In this document: piece after piece, positions 34,016 through 43,527 of the stretch | How the letters are laid out: the number at the start of each line of letters is the position of its first letter | How positions within the stretch are numbered: position 1 is the first letter of the stretch | Translations under genes and position numbers: made by a program | The notes under the pieces: model-generated | What the model was told of the DNA's origin: nothing | The model's database searches: none | The model's input: only the letters and a program-made list of their open reading frames with translations | DNA from: Terriglobia bacterium | GTDB lineage: Bacteria; Acidobacteriota; Terriglobia; Bryobacterales; JACQDG01 | Assembly: GCA_041482115.1 (NCBI GenBank) | Contig: JBGPDC010000001.1 | Location: 24,296 to 88,295 of the forward strand | DNA: 64,000 nt | Direction: 5' to 3'

Positions 34016-35302
34016 ATGCACACTCCGACCCGGCGCGGCTTCCTGCACCATACCGCTCTCGGCGCGCTGCTCTGCCGTTTTGCCGCTGGCTGGCAGGGCG
34101 TGCTCCGCGCCCAGCAACCTGCCGCGCCGCCGGCAACCCCGCGCTACGATCTCGTAGTCAAGGGCGGACGCGTCATCGACCCCGCGCAGAACCTCTCCGC
34201 CCCGCGTGACGTGGGCATCACCGGGCACCGCATCGCCCGCGTGGCTACGGATATCCCGGCCACCGAAGCCCGCGCGGTCCTTGACGCTCGCGGCCAGGTT
34301 GTCACCCCGGGACTCATCGACATCCACACTCACGTCTATGACGGCGTCGCGCCGCTCGGTATTCCCGCCGACCCGAACTGCCTCGCCAAGGGCGTCACCA
34401 CCGCCGTGGACGCGGGCTCGGCCGGCGCCCATACCTTCCCCGGGCTTCGCAAGTACGTCATCAACGTGGTGGACACCCGCGTCTATGCGCTGCTGAACAT
34501 CTCGGTGGTGGGCCAGTCCACGCTTTCGGACGACGAGCCCTACGGCGAATTGCTCGACCTGCGTTACGCGAACCCCAAGCTCGCTGTGAGAACCATCGAG
34601 CAGAACCGCGACGTGATCCTAGGCGTGAAGATCCGCCTGACGCGTAATATCGCGGGCGACCACGACCTCGAGGCCCTGGGACTCGCGCGGGAGGCGGCGG
34701 ACGCCGTCGGCTTGCCTCTTATGGTCCACATCGGGGACACGCACTCGTCACTGCCGGCGATCCTCGCCCGGCTCAAGAAGGGCGACGTCATCACCCACAG
34801 CTTTCATGGCCGTGCGGGGGGCATCCTGGACTCGAACGGCCGCCTCCTGCCGGAGGTGCGCAAGGGGGTAGCCGGGGGCGTCCACATCGACGTCGGACAC
34901 GGGCGGGGCAGCTTCTCCTTCGACGTCGCGGAAAAGGCGATGCAGCAGGGGCTGCTGCCCGGTACCATCTCGAGCGACGTCCACCAGTTCAATGTGAACG
35001 GGCCAGTTTTCGACCTCGTCACCACGCTCTCGAAGTTTCTGCACCTCGGGCTTACTCTCGAACAGGTCATCGAGCGCGTCACTTCCAATGCCGCCCGGGT
35101 GTTCGGTTTTCCGCAGGGGCTCGGAACCTTGCGCGAGGGCTCCGAAGCCGATGTCGCGGTCTTCCACCTCGCCGAGGGCGACTTCGAGTTTGCGGACGCG
35201 CACGACGCGAAGCGTATCGGCCATCGCAAGCTCCAGCCCGTCGCGACCGTCAAAGCGGGTAGAATTTATGGGTCAGCCTCGATTCCCGTGGCGACCCTTT
35301 AG
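34016..35302 (+). CDS. Tat-signal amidohydrolase/deacetylase-family metallohydrolase
   Basis: ORF trimmed to ATG 34016. RRGFL twin-arginine motif. GLIDIHTHVY metal-binding HxH. Confidence 0.8.
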   Translation: MHTPTRRGFLHHTALGALLCRFAAGWQGVLRAQQPAAPPATPRYDLVVKGGRVIDPAQNLSAPRDVGITGHRIARVATDIPATEARAVLDARGQVVTPGLIDIHTHVYDGVAPLGIPADPNCLAKGVTTAVDAGSAGAHTFPGLRKYVINVVDTRVYALLNISVVGQSTLSDDEPYGELLDLRYANPKLAVRTIEQNRDVILGVKIRLTRNIAGDHDLEALGLAREAADAVGLPLMVHIGDTHSSLPAILARLKKGDVITHSFHGRAGGILDSNGRLLPEVRKGVAGGVHIDVGHGRGSFSFDVAEKAMQQGLLPGTISSDVHQFNVNGPVFDLVTTLSKFLHLGLTLEQVIERVTSNAARVFGFPQGLGTLREGSEADVAVFHLAEGDFEFADAHDAKRIGHRKLQPVATVKAGRIYGSASIPVATL

Positions 35303-35338
35303 TGTAAGGAGTGAGGGGTTCGGTGCAGAGGTCGGGTT

Positions 35339-35479
35339 GTGGGGCGGTCCCCCTGGACCGCGGCCGGCGCCCTCGCCGGCCTCTTCAGAAACGGACCATG
35401 CTCACCCACCAAGGAATTTCTCCGTATGGTTCAACAGCCGGACCAGGGGGTCCGGCGCGGACGAGGGCGTCCGCCCCAC
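35339..35479. mobile_element. MITE/REP-like element with terminal inverted repeats and four CCCT/AGGG-loop hairpins
   Basis: Ends are GTGGGGCGG...CCGCCCCAC. Hairpins are GGTCC-ccct-GGACC, GCCGGCG-ccct-CGCCGGC, CCGGACC-aggg-GGTCCGG and GCGGACG-aggg-CGTCCGC. The core matches 2974-3010. Confidence 0.6.
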
Positions 35480-35511
35480 TTTTAACTCCGCACGATAGGC
35501 TCTCACTTCTC

Positions 35512-36828
35512 ATGCGACTCCGGCGCGCGCTTCTCGTCTGCCTGCTGCTGTTCACCGGCCTCGCGCCGGCCCAGAGCGATCTCCGGCCGCTCACCATCCT
35601 GCATACCAACGACCTGCACTCGCACTTTCTGCCGGATTCGCAGGGCCGGGGTGGCTTCGCCTATCTCGCCACCGCCTTGCGCCGCGAATTGAAAGACTGC
35701 CGCTCGTGCCTCGTGCTCAACGCCGGCGACTCGGCCCAGGGCACGCCCGTCTCCACGCTCTACCGTGGCCTGCCGGTTTTCGAGGTGTTGAACCTCTTCC
35801 CGCCGGAGGTGGCGACCATCGGCAATCACGAGTTCGACTACGGCTGGCAGCGCCTGCTGGATTTCGAGCGCACGGCGAAGTTTCCCATCGTCTCCGCCAA
35901 CCTCGTGGACGGACAGGGTCGCTTGCTCGCCCGCCATCCGTACGTGATCCGCAACGTGAACGGCCTGCGGGTGGCGGTAATCGGCGCGCTCCTCGCCAAC
36001 CTGGAAGCCGAGGTCATGCCGGGCCTGACGGGTCCGTGGCGGGTCTTGCCGGTGGTCGAGACCGTCCGGCGTTACGCGCGGGAGGTGCAAGGACGGGCCG
36101 ACCTGATCGTCGTGCTGGGACACATCAGCCCGCAAGAAGAACAGCAGGTCCTGCGCGAGGCGCCGGAGGTGGCGGTGGTGGTCAGCGGGCATGTGCACAC
36201 CGGTATGGAGAAGGAGTCCGTGGTGGAGGGCCGTATTCTGGTGCGCGTGCGCAGCTACGGCGAGGAGTTGGGGCGCCTCGATCTCCAGGTCGACCGGGCC
36301 GCCCGGAAAGTTGCTTCCTGGAACTGGAAGCGCATTCCCATCCGGACGGCGGACCTGGCTCCCGCCCCCGATGTCGCGCGGGCCGTGAAGGCCTGGGAGG
36401 ACAAGGTCTCGAAGGTCGTCGACGTCCCGATTGGTGAGGCGAAGCGGGAATTCTCGCTGGCGGATCTCAAGGTCCTGATGGAGCAGGCCATGGCCGAGAC
36501 CATGGGCGCCGACTCTGCCTTCGTGAACTTCACAGGCATCCGGGACACTCTCCCCCGGGGGCAGATCCTGGCGCGGCAGATCTGGAACATCATGCCCTTC
36601 GACAACAAGATCCTCGCCGGCACCGTAAAGGGCCGCGATTTGCCGGCCGCGATGAAAGAAGGCCGCACCATCGATCCCGACCGCGACTACACGCTGGCTG
36701 TCGACGAATTCGTGGCCGGACACCAGCAGGCGTATCTCGGCACGAAGGACCTGCAGTTTCCCCGCGTCGGCCCGCTCCATCGGGACGCGCTCATCGCGTG
36801 GATCCAGAAGAAGAAAGTGCTGGAGTAA
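35512..36828 (+). CDS. secreted 5'-nucleotidase/metallophosphoesterase (UshA-like)
   Basis: ORF trimmed to ATG 35512. Signal peptide present. ILHTNDLHSH, NAGDSAQG, GNHEFDYG. Confidence 0.85.
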   Translation: MRLRRALLVCLLLFTGLAPAQSDLRPLTILHTNDLHSHFLPDSQGRGGFAYLATALRRELKDCRSCLVLNAGDSAQGTPVSTLYRGLPVFEVLNLFPPEVATIGNHEFDYGWQRLLDFERTAKFPIVSANLVDGQGRLLARHPYVIRNVNGLRVAVIGALLANLEAEVMPGLTGPWRVLPVVETVRRYAREVQGRADLIVVLGHISPQEEQQVLREAPEVAVVVSGHVHTGMEKESVVEGRILVRVRSYGEELGRLDLQVDRAARKVASWNWKRIPIRTADLAPAPDVARAVKAWEDKVSKVVDVPIGEAKREFSLADLKVLMEQAMAETMGADSAFVNFTGIRDTLPRGQILARQIWNIMPFDNKILAGTVKGRDLPAAMKEGRTIDPDRDYTLAVDEFVAGHQQAYLGTKDLQFPRVGPLHRDALIAWIQKKKVLE

Positions 36829-36829
36829 C

Positions 36830-37999
36830 TCAGTCCGGCCAGTTTGTCAGGCGGTCGACTGACCGGTAAAGGTCGTGGTAGGGCACGTCCTCGGCAGGGC
36901 GCTTCCCGAGCGATTCCCACATCCGCTCGCAAATGATGCCGGCTTCCTCCACCGTCAAGCGCCGCAAGTCGAGGCAAACGCGCCCGGTCCCCCCGCTGTC
37001 CGTGGCGTCCGCCACCCAAATTGGCGGCGTCCCTTCGCGCAACAGGTTCGCCAGTTGCTGTGCCGTCATGCGAGCGGTGGCGTGATCCACGGTCACCACG
37101 ACCTCGTGGGCCACGGCCCCGCGTCCGGCGCGCACGGCCGCAAAATCCCCCAGCCGCGCCTCGAAAACTGCCGCTACAGCCTCGAGCCGCCGGCACTCCT
37201 CCTGCGGGTCGCGCCGGTCCCAGGCTTCGAGTGCCGCCATTAGCCCCACGATGCCCTCTTTGCCCACTTTCATCGCGCGTCCGATCCCCCAGTTCTGCAG
37301 ATAGCAGGCCCGCACCATCGACTTCGACCCGCAAATCAGACCCGAGGTGGGCGCGCCCAGCACCTTGTGCCCGCTCGCGAGGACTAGATCGGCGCCCTGC
37401 TGCACAAAGGGGCGCACGTCCGGCTGGGCGGCGGCATCGACGATCACCCGAATCCCCCGTGGCCGGCAGGCCTCCACGCACTCGGCGAGCGAGAGCAGGT
37501 GCGCCTCGGCCGGCACGGCCCCGCTCACCACGTAGAGCACGGCCGCCGTCCGGGCGTTGAGTGCCGCGCTCAGGTGGAACCGGTCGCAATGGTTCGCCGT
37601 GCCGATCTCGACCACCCGAGCTCCGGCGAGGCGCAGCATCTGGCCGATCGGCGCCCCGAAGTTCACGTCGTGCGCTTTTTGCAGCACGATCTCGTTTGGC
37701 ATTCCCGTCGTATCGGGTAACTGCGCGATCCGCCCGAAGTAAGGACCCGTCATGGACGCGGCCGCCGCCACCACGATCCCCGAAGCGCACGATGACGTCA
37801 CGCAGCCGGCCTCGGCACCCGTCACCCGTGCGATGACGGCGCAGGCGCGGCGCTGCAGCTCGTCCAGCTCGAGGTTTATAGCCAGCGCCTCGGCCGCGGC
37901 GGCGACTACTTCCGGCGCGCAGACATTCGCCCCCACGATCGTCGGATACCCTGTGGCGTTAATCAGCGGCTCGAGGCCATACCGCTCGCGAATTGACAC
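36830..37999 (-). CDS. SelA-like PLP-dependent enzyme (L-seryl-tRNA selenium transferase-related / DgaE-like)
   Basis: LASGHKVLGAPTSGLICG resembles the SelA-family PLP-lysine motif. 389 aa. Confidence 0.65.
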   Translation of the reverse strand: MSIRERYGLEPLINATGYPTIVGANVCAPEVVAAAAEALAINLELDELQRRACAVIARVTGAEAGCVTSSCASGIVVAAAASMTGPYFGRIAQLPDTTGMPNEIVLQKAHDVNFGAPIGQMLRLAGARVVEIGTANHCDRFHLSAALNARTAAVLYVVSGAVPAEAHLLSLAECVEACRPRGIRVIVDAAAQPDVRPFVQQGADLVLASGHKVLGAPTSGLICGSKSMVRACYLQNWGIGRAMKVGKEGIVGLMAALEAWDRRDPQEECRRLEAVAAVFEARLGDFAAVRAGRGAVAHEVVVTVDHATARMTAQQLANLLREGTPPIWVADATDSGGTGRVCLDLRRLTVEEAGIICERMWESLGKRPAEDVPYHDLYRSVDRLTNWPD

Positions 38000-38033
38000 T
38001 CTCTTACCCTCCGGCGCACAATGGCAGACTTCT

Positions 38034-38423
38034 ATGCTACAACCTGGCCTGACTCACGAAATCAAGCGGGTCGTCACCGCCGCGGAAACTATTCACTTCC
38101 TCGGACCCGCGGTTACACCCGCCCTCTCCACGCCCTCTATGATTATGATGCTCGAGATCACGGCGCGCGACAACGTGCTCCCCCATCTCGAGGCCGGCCA
38201 GGACAGCGTCGGCACGGTGGTGAACATCGCCCACCTCGCCGCCACGCCCCTCGGCATGCAGGTCACGTACCGCGCGATCCTGACCGCCATCGACCGGCGC
38301 CGCCTCACCTTCGCCGTCGAGGCCTGGGACGAGAAAGACAAGATCGCCGAGGGCACCCACGAGCGCTTCGTCATCGACGTGGCGCGCTACGCCGAGCGGC
38401 TGAAGGCGAAGGCGGGGGGCTAA
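38034..38423 (+). CDS. hotdog-fold thioesterase (FlK/fluoroacetyl-CoA thioesterase-like)
   Basis: ORF trimmed to ATG 38034. LSTPSMIMMLEITARD...VGTVVNIAHLAATPLG pattern. Confidence 0.6.
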   Translation: MLQPGLTHEIKRVVTAAETIHFLGPAVTPALSTPSMIMMLEITARDNVLPHLEAGQDSVGTVVNIAHLAATPLGMQVTYRAILTAIDRRRLTFAVEAWDEKDKIAEGTHERFVIDVARYAERLKAKAGG

Positions 38424-38436
38424 GAATGATAGTGAC

Positions 38437-38661
38437 ATGGAGCAGATGGCCATCTCTAAATTCAAGGCCACCTGCCTGACGGTCCTCGAGCGGATCCCTC
38501 GGACACGCCGTCCGGTGCTCATCACTCGCTTTGGCAAGCCAGTGGCCGAGGTGGTTCCGCCCTCGACGCCGCCCCAGTCCCGCCGCGTGTTGGGAACTAT
38601 GCGGGGAACCGCACAGATCGTCGGAGACATTGTCTCTCCGACGAGCCCGAGCAACCGCTAG
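38437..38661 (+). CDS. Phd/YefM-type antitoxin (orphan)
   Basis: ISKFKATCLTVLERIPRTRRPVLITRFGKPVAEVVP. No toxin ORF follows; the next gene is convergent. Confidence 0.75.
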   Translation: MEQMAISKFKATCLTVLERIPRTRRPVLITRFGKPVAEVVPPSTPPQSRRVLGTMRGTAQIVGDIVSPTSPSNR

Positions 38662-38667
38662 CGATTC

Positions 38668-39600
38668 TTACCTCATCACACCCCACTTGATGGTCACGGC
38701 GTGCCGGAGGCGCCGCCGGCTGCGCAGCGAGAGCCGCTTCCATCCATTCCCCGGGCCCGGCGGGTCGATCACCATGAAATCGTCGGTCTCGAGCTGGATG
38801 ATCACCGGCACGCCGGGCAGTTCTCCGGTCAGACGCCCCAGCGAGACTTGGGTCCCGTTGATCACCACGAGCGTGTTCTCGCCGATGTCGCCCGACCAGA
38901 TCAGCGTGCCCGCCGAAGGTCCGGTATAGGGAGCCGCCGCGGCCGGCTGAGCGGAAGTTCCCCCGCTGCCGGCGGGTGGCGAGGGCGAGATGGGCTCCGC
39001 TCTCGGGGCGGCCGGCTCCGGCCGCTCCGGACGCAGAATCCCAATCTTGGGCCGCGGCGCGGCGGCCGGCCGGGGACCGGCCGGAACCACCGGAATCCCA
39101 GCGGCCGAATCCGGCGCCGCAGCAGTGTCAGCCGGCGGCGCCTTCGCCACCGGCTCGTCGAAATCGTCCTTGGGGATGTTAATTCTGCGCGTGGACAGCT
39201 TCCGCGCCGGCGCCTCGGGCTCGTTCGCGGGCGGAGGAGACACCGGGGAGGGCGCCTGGGACGCAACCGGTTGCGGCGCCCGCCGCGGGGTTGGCTCTTC
39301 AATCCGCATCACCGGAGGCGGCGTGGCCGGCGGCTTGGCGGTCTTCTCTGGAGGTGGACCAGGCGCGGCCACAGGCGTGGTCTCCGGCGCGGCCGGCGCC
39401 GGCCTCACCTGCGCCACAGGCGTGTTCTGCGCCTCGTGCAATGCGTACACCCGGTAGCCCAGTAACCCGATTACTCCCGCCAGCAGAACCATCGCGCCGC
39501 CCCACAGCCACGGAGCCGTCCCGCGCGGCGCAGGCGTGCCGCAACCGGGGCAAAACTTCTGCCATTCCTCGAGCGCCCATCCGCACCGCTTGCACTGCAT
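38668..39600 (-). CDS. zinc-ribbon / single-TM / proline-rich protein with conserved-looking C-terminal beta domain
   Basis: ORF trimmed to MQCKRCGWALEEWQKFCPGCG. TM segment WLWGGAMVLLAGVIGLLGY. About 170 aa of P/A-rich linker. Confidence 0.6.
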   Translation of the reverse strand: MQCKRCGWALEEWQKFCPGCGTPAPRGTAPWLWGGAMVLLAGVIGLLGYRVYALHEAQNTPVAQVRPAPAAPETTPVAAPGPPPEKTAKPPATPPPVMRIEEPTPRRAPQPVASQAPSPVSPPPANEPEAPARKLSTRRINIPKDDFDEPVAKAPPADTAAAPDSAAGIPVVPAGPRPAAAPRPKIGILRPERPEPAAPRAEPISPSPPAGSGGTSAQPAAAAPYTGPSAGTLIWSGDIGENTLVVINGTQVSLGRLTGELPGVPVIIQLETDDFMVIDPPGPGNGWKRLSLRSRRRLRHAVTIKWGVMR

Positions 39601-39716
39601 ACCTTCATTATCAACCAGACGGCTTCGCCCAGCAGAAGGCCATCGCCCACCCCTGGTACGACGCGGAGAACAAGCGTGACCTGTCATCCGCTCCAGGTCG
39701 CCAAACGTGGTCTGTT

Positions 39717-40172
39717 CTATTCGGCCTTTAAGATCTCTATCGCCCGCCGATGGTCGGACCCAGGCGGCAGTAAGTTTTCGACACGCCGGTCAAAGGTGGC
39801 CAACTGGCCGGTTCGCCGAATGGCCAGATCCAGGAGCACGGCGTCGGCGAGCTGGTGGTGCCCCATCACGCGCTGTCGCAGCTCGGGCAACAGGTCCGAC
39901 ATGCCGCTCTCGAGCGGCCAGAACTCATGATTCTCCGCCCCCAGGTTGACATCCAGCATCTGCCAGGCCTCTGCGGTGGTGATGGTCGTTTTGACAACAG
40001 CAGGTTGAGAGGACAGGCGAACGAAAGCCTGTTGGGTAAGCAGACAGGTTGCCCACCTTTGGCCTCGCCTTCGCGCCAACCACTCATGCGCCGCCTCGTG
40101 GTGCAAATGATTGGGCCACGCCAGCGCCAGGAGAACGTTAGTGTCCAGGAGCGCCACCGCCATGTCGCTCAC
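39717..40172 (-). CDS. vapC: PIN-domain toxin VapC
   Basis: ALLDTNVLLAL ... ATFDRR. 4-nt overlap with the upstream antitoxin gene. Confidence 0.85.
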   Translation of the reverse strand: MSDMAVALLDTNVLLALAWPNHLHHEAAHEWLARRRGQRWATCLLTQQAFVRLSSQPAVVKTTITTAEAWQMLDVNLGAENHEFWPLESGMSDLLPELRQRVMGHHQLADAVLLDLAIRRTGQLATFDRRVENLLPPGSDHRRAIEILKAE

Positions 40173-40432
40173 GGGTGGGGCTTCCAGAAGCTATCGCCGG
40201 TGCGCAAGTCTTCGGACTCCAGCGCCGCCGCCACCTCTTCCGGACCAAATGTCGGAGCGCGCTCTTCCAAAGAGAAGACGTGAAATCCGTTTTTCACTTG
40301 GAGGGGCACTCGCGCTGTTGCGCCTCGCCGGGCCAGGGATGAGATTGCCTTCCCGATAGAAATCTTACGGGCCTCCGCCAGCCCGCGGGCCAGGGCTAGA
40401 ACATCATCGTCGACATCTAACGTCGTCCGCAT
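40169..40432 (-). CDS. vapB: VapB-type antitoxin
   Basis: MRTTLDVDDDVLALARGLAEARKISIGKAISSLARRG is the typical antitoxin N-terminus. Confidence 0.75.
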   Translation of the reverse strand: MRTTLDVDDDVLALARGLAEARKISIGKAISSLARRGATARVPLQVKNGFHVFSLEERAPTFGPEEVAAALESEDLRTGDSFWKPHP

Positions 40433-40486
40433 CTTGATTCTATGATGTCAGAAAGCTCATTTGATGTCAAAGGGGGCGTGGCTTGA

Positions 40487-40930
40487 TCAAGGCTCTAAAA
40501 CCGCCAGCCCGGGCGGCGCCACCGCGAGAAAATGCCGGACATTGAACGTGAGCAGGGTCGTAGCTCCGGCCTGGTACGAGCAGAGAGCGATGATGCCGTC
40601 ATAAATGCGGCCGCCTCCCAGGCCGCGGGCGGCAAGATCCCGCACCGCCAAGCGGCAGGTCTCCGCCGTCATCCCGGCCAATTCGCCGGCGTCCAGATAC
40701 TTCGAGAGAATCGCTGCCGCCGTTTCCGGAGAGGTGGCCAGCGGCGGCGGCAGCCGCGTGAGAACCGAGAAGCACTCGAGAAACGCGTGTCCCGCAATCA
40801 CCAGCCGCTCCCCGCGAGCCAGGCGCTTCTCGTACCCGCGCACCGCCGCCTTGTGACGCTCGTGCCACTCGGCCAGGAGCGCGATCAGACAACTGGTGTC
40901 TAACGCAAACTTAACGCCGTGGGAACGCAC
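40487..40930 (-). CDS. vapC: PIN-domain toxin VapC (second copy)
   Basis: FALDTSCLIALL ... LLTFNVRHF. GTG start, overlapping the AbrB-type antitoxin gene by 20 nt. Confidence 0.8.
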   Translation of the reverse strand: MRSHGVKFALDTSCLIALLAEWHERHKAAVRGYEKRLARGERLVIAGHAFLECFSVLTRLPPPLATSPETAAAILSKYLDAGELAGMTAETCRLAVRDLAARGLGGGRIYDGIIALCSYQAGATTLLTFNVRHFLAVAPPGLAVLEP

Positions 40931-41189
40931 TGGTAGTGAAACGCTCGTCCCGGACTTCTTCGAGGATGCGGTTGGCCTGTTCCTGCGTTAACGGAGGCGT
41001 ACCGGGCGGAGCCGAGAGGACGTAGCGGGACCCCCGCCGCACCATACGCGCGTGACGCCGCACCGGCTCCACCTCGATGCGCCCATCGCGGTACTCCAGG
41101 CTCAGCTCCATACCGGCCTTCAAGCCGGCCCGATCCCGCAAGGTTCTGGGAATTACCAGCCTGCCCGCCGCATCTATGGTCGTGACCAT
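40911..41189 (-). CDS. AbrB/MazE/SpoVT-family antitoxin
   Basis: TIDAAGRLVIPRTLRDRAGLKAGMELSLE is the SpoVT-AbrB swapped-hairpin motif. Confidence 0.8.
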   Translation of the reverse strand: MVTTIDAAGRLVIPRTLRDRAGLKAGMELSLEYRDGRIEVEPVRRHARMVRRGSRYVLSAPPGTPPLTQEQANRILEEVRDERFTTSAFPRR

Positions 41190-41246
41190 ACCATAAAAAT
41201 ACCATAATAATGGTACACGTGTGACGCCCGCTTCGGCAACTCGCGA

Positions 41247-42323
41247 TTACGCCGGAATCCCCAACAACTTGGCGGCGTTGCCGCCCAGGATGGCGCGCCG
41301 GTCGGCATCGCTCAAGCCGGGCGCGCCGAGGACGTGATCTACGGCCGTGGAGGTCCACGGATACGGGAAGTCCGTGCCCAGCACGATTTGGCTGACGCCG
41401 CACTGCGCGACCAGATGCCGCAACGCTTCGCCGCTGAACACGAGCGAATCGAAGTAGAGCTGCTTCAAATACTCCGTGGGCTTTTTCTTTAAGGTCTTGT
41501 TGCACTGCTCGGGAAAGGTGAGACAGCCGTGGTCCGACCGGTCGGCGTAGGACGGCAGGTAGCCGCCGCCATGGGCCGCGCAGATTTTGAGCTTGGGAAA
41601 ACGGTCGAGCGTGCCGTCGAAAATCAAATGCGAGAGGGCAATTGTCGTGTCCAACGGATTTCCAATCACGTTGCCCAGCACGCCGTTTCCCCGCAGCCGG
41701 GCGCTTAGCCCCGGAACTCCCTGCGGGTGTATGAAAACTGGGATCTCCAACGCCTCCGCCTTGGCCCAGAAGGGGTCGAACCGGGGCGAGGCCAGTTCCT
41801 CGCCATTGACGCTGCCACCGAGGGAGGCGCCGCGCAGCCCGAGTTTCTTGACCCCTGCCTCCAGTTGCTCGGCGGCCAGCTCCGGATGCTGCAGCGCCAC
41901 CGAAGCAAAGGCCACGAAGCGATCGGAGTGGGCGGCACAAAACTCCGCCAGCTTCTCGTTCTGCATCCGAATCAGCTGGCGGGCCAGGTCCGGCTCGGCG
42001 GCGTACCAAAACGGATTGACGCTGAGAGCCTCGACGTCGATGCCCTGTTCGTCCATCTGCCGCAAGCGGTCGGTTCCCAGGATCTGGGACCCGCCGGCGG
42101 GCGTCGTGCGGCCCAGCAGCTCCATCACGCCCGGCAAGACACAATGCGAGTGAAAGTCTATGACCTGGACCCGGCGTCCGCCCACCATCACCTGCCGGCG
42201 TCCCCCGGCCCGGCTGGCCTGCGGAGGCGGGTGCGCCGCCGCCAGACGGCGGCCGGCGAAAACAGCTCCCGCCATCGCGCTCGCGGCGTGCTGAAGGAAC
42301 TTCCTGCGATTGGGCATGATCAT
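41247..42323 (-). CDS. Tat-signal amidohydrolase_2 (ACMSD-like) family protein
   Basis: NRRKFLQHAAS Tat motif. VIDFHSHCV, CAAHGGGYLP, LGTDFPYPW. Confidence 0.8.
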   Translation of the reverse strand: MIMPNRRKFLQHAASAMAGAVFAGRRLAAAHPPPQASRAGGRRQVMVGGRRVQVIDFHSHCVLPGVMELLGRTTPAGGSQILGTDRLRQMDEQGIDVEALSVNPFWYAAEPDLARQLIRMQNEKLAEFCAAHSDRFVAFASVALQHPELAAEQLEAGVKKLGLRGASLGGSVNGEELASPRFDPFWAKAEALEIPVFIHPQGVPGLSARLRGNGVLGNVIGNPLDTTIALSHLIFDGTLDRFPKLKICAAHGGGYLPSYADRSDHGCLTFPEQCNKTLKKKPTEYLKQLYFDSLVFSGEALRHLVAQCGVSQIVLGTDFPYPWTSTAVDHVLGAPGLSDADRRAILGGNAAKLLGIPA

Positions 42324-42385
42324 CTCCGGTGCGCGACGTTCAGTGTAGCGTGCCGGAGGTGATAGGAAGCAGGGCTGCGACCGAC

Positions 42386-43042
42386 TTATTTCTTGACCTT
42401 GACCGGCGCTTCCAGGCGGAAGCTCAGGCGGGTCTCGACCGGTATGACGATATTCTTCTTGCCGGTAGCATAGGCCCCGCCCGTACCGGCCGCCGCGCCC
42501 ACGCCCGCTCCTATCAAAGCGCCGGTGCCACCGCCGGCCAGCGCTCCGATCAAGGCGCCGCCGCCCGAGCCGCCGCCGATGAGGGCCAGGTTGCGCTTCT
42601 TATGCGAACTCGCCGCGCGGCTCACCGTGGTCGTGTTGATCTGGTAGGAGTCGCCTTCCCACACCAGCGTATCGAGCGTAAGGGCCAGGCGCGCCGGGGT
42701 CTTCAGCCGCCCCGAAGGCACCGCTTGTGTGACGTGCCCGTGGACTATCGCGCCCTTGGGCACTACTACCTTCTCGCCGGCCACGATCGGCGTGTCCAGC
42801 GTGGCCTCGAAGTCGTCTCCCGCACGGCTTGCGGCGGAGCCTATCGACTGGTTGAGGCGCACTTGCAGCTCCGTCCCCGCCGGGAGGTGCACTTCCGACC
42901 GGATCGCCGAGCGCAGCTTGGCCGCGAGCGACTTCTCCTGCTCGGGGCCTGCGGCGGCCGCGCTGTCCGGCTTCGGCTGGCTGCTGCAGCCGGCGAGCCA
43001 AGCGAGGCTCGCAATTACTAGTGCGGCGTTTTTCATTCGCAT
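42386..43042 (-). CDS. lipoprotein with C-terminal glycine-zipper region
   Basis: ORF trimmed to MRMKNAALVIASLAWLAGCSS (lipobox LAGC). GGGSGGGALIGALAGGGTGALIGAGVGAAAGTGG. Confidence 0.7.
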   Translation of the reverse strand: MRMKNAALVIASLAWLAGCSSQPKPDSAAAAGPEQEKSLAAKLRSAIRSEVHLPAGTELQVRLNQSIGSAASRAGDDFEATLDTPIVAGEKVVVPKGAIVHGHVTQAVPSGRLKTPARLALTLDTLVWEGDSYQINTTTVSRAASSHKKRNLALIGGGSGGGALIGALAGGGTGALIGAGVGAAAGTGGAYATGKKNIVIPVETRLSFRLEAPVKVKK

Positions 43043-43486
43043 GATCGGTCCCTCTGCCGCTTCAGGTGGCAACCGCGGGTCCAGTCGTACAAATCTTTAT
43101 TTTGCTATAAGTTACGTGATGCCATAGCCCTGCCGAACAGGTAAGAATTACCTGCTGCCGGGAATTCCTTCTGGGCCGGTCACGGCTTTTTGAGAATTTC
43201 TTTAGCCATGTTTTCAACACCTTGACTCGCGCGGGGCCCGCAAACAGAACTTTCCACCCTTACTCTGGAATTAGAGGGGGATCCTTCCCCAAGGAAACCC
43301 CGGCCGCAACAATGGGCGATCCGATTATCATTCCGGATCTCTGCTTCTAGCAGAGCCGGAACAATTCGGCAAACCTGCGTTGCAATTCAAACCTGTAGAG
43401 GTTGCCCGGCATCTCGCGCCGGCGCCGTCGCCAGGCCGGACATGGCCGAGCTTCGCGCGCGGGCCGGCGCAAACGCCGGAAAAAAA

Positions 43487-43527
43487 GGGGGATTCACTTG
43501 CCTTTTGGCAGTTAAATCCCCCATAAT
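43487..43527 (+). promoter_or_regulatory. hairpin plus promoter-like elements just upstream of the CHAT gene
   Basis: GGGGGATT (43487-43494) pairs with AATCCCCC (43515-43522), with inner TGCC/GGCA pairing. TTGCCT at 43498-43503, an 18-nt spacer, then CATAAT at 43522-43527. Confidence 0.4.

Noticed and set aside
43360-43440. c-di-GMP-I (GEMM) riboswitch because of GGCAAACC and CAAACC motifs
   Set aside because: The hallmark GACGCAAAGC segment and the paired P1/P2 architecture are not present.
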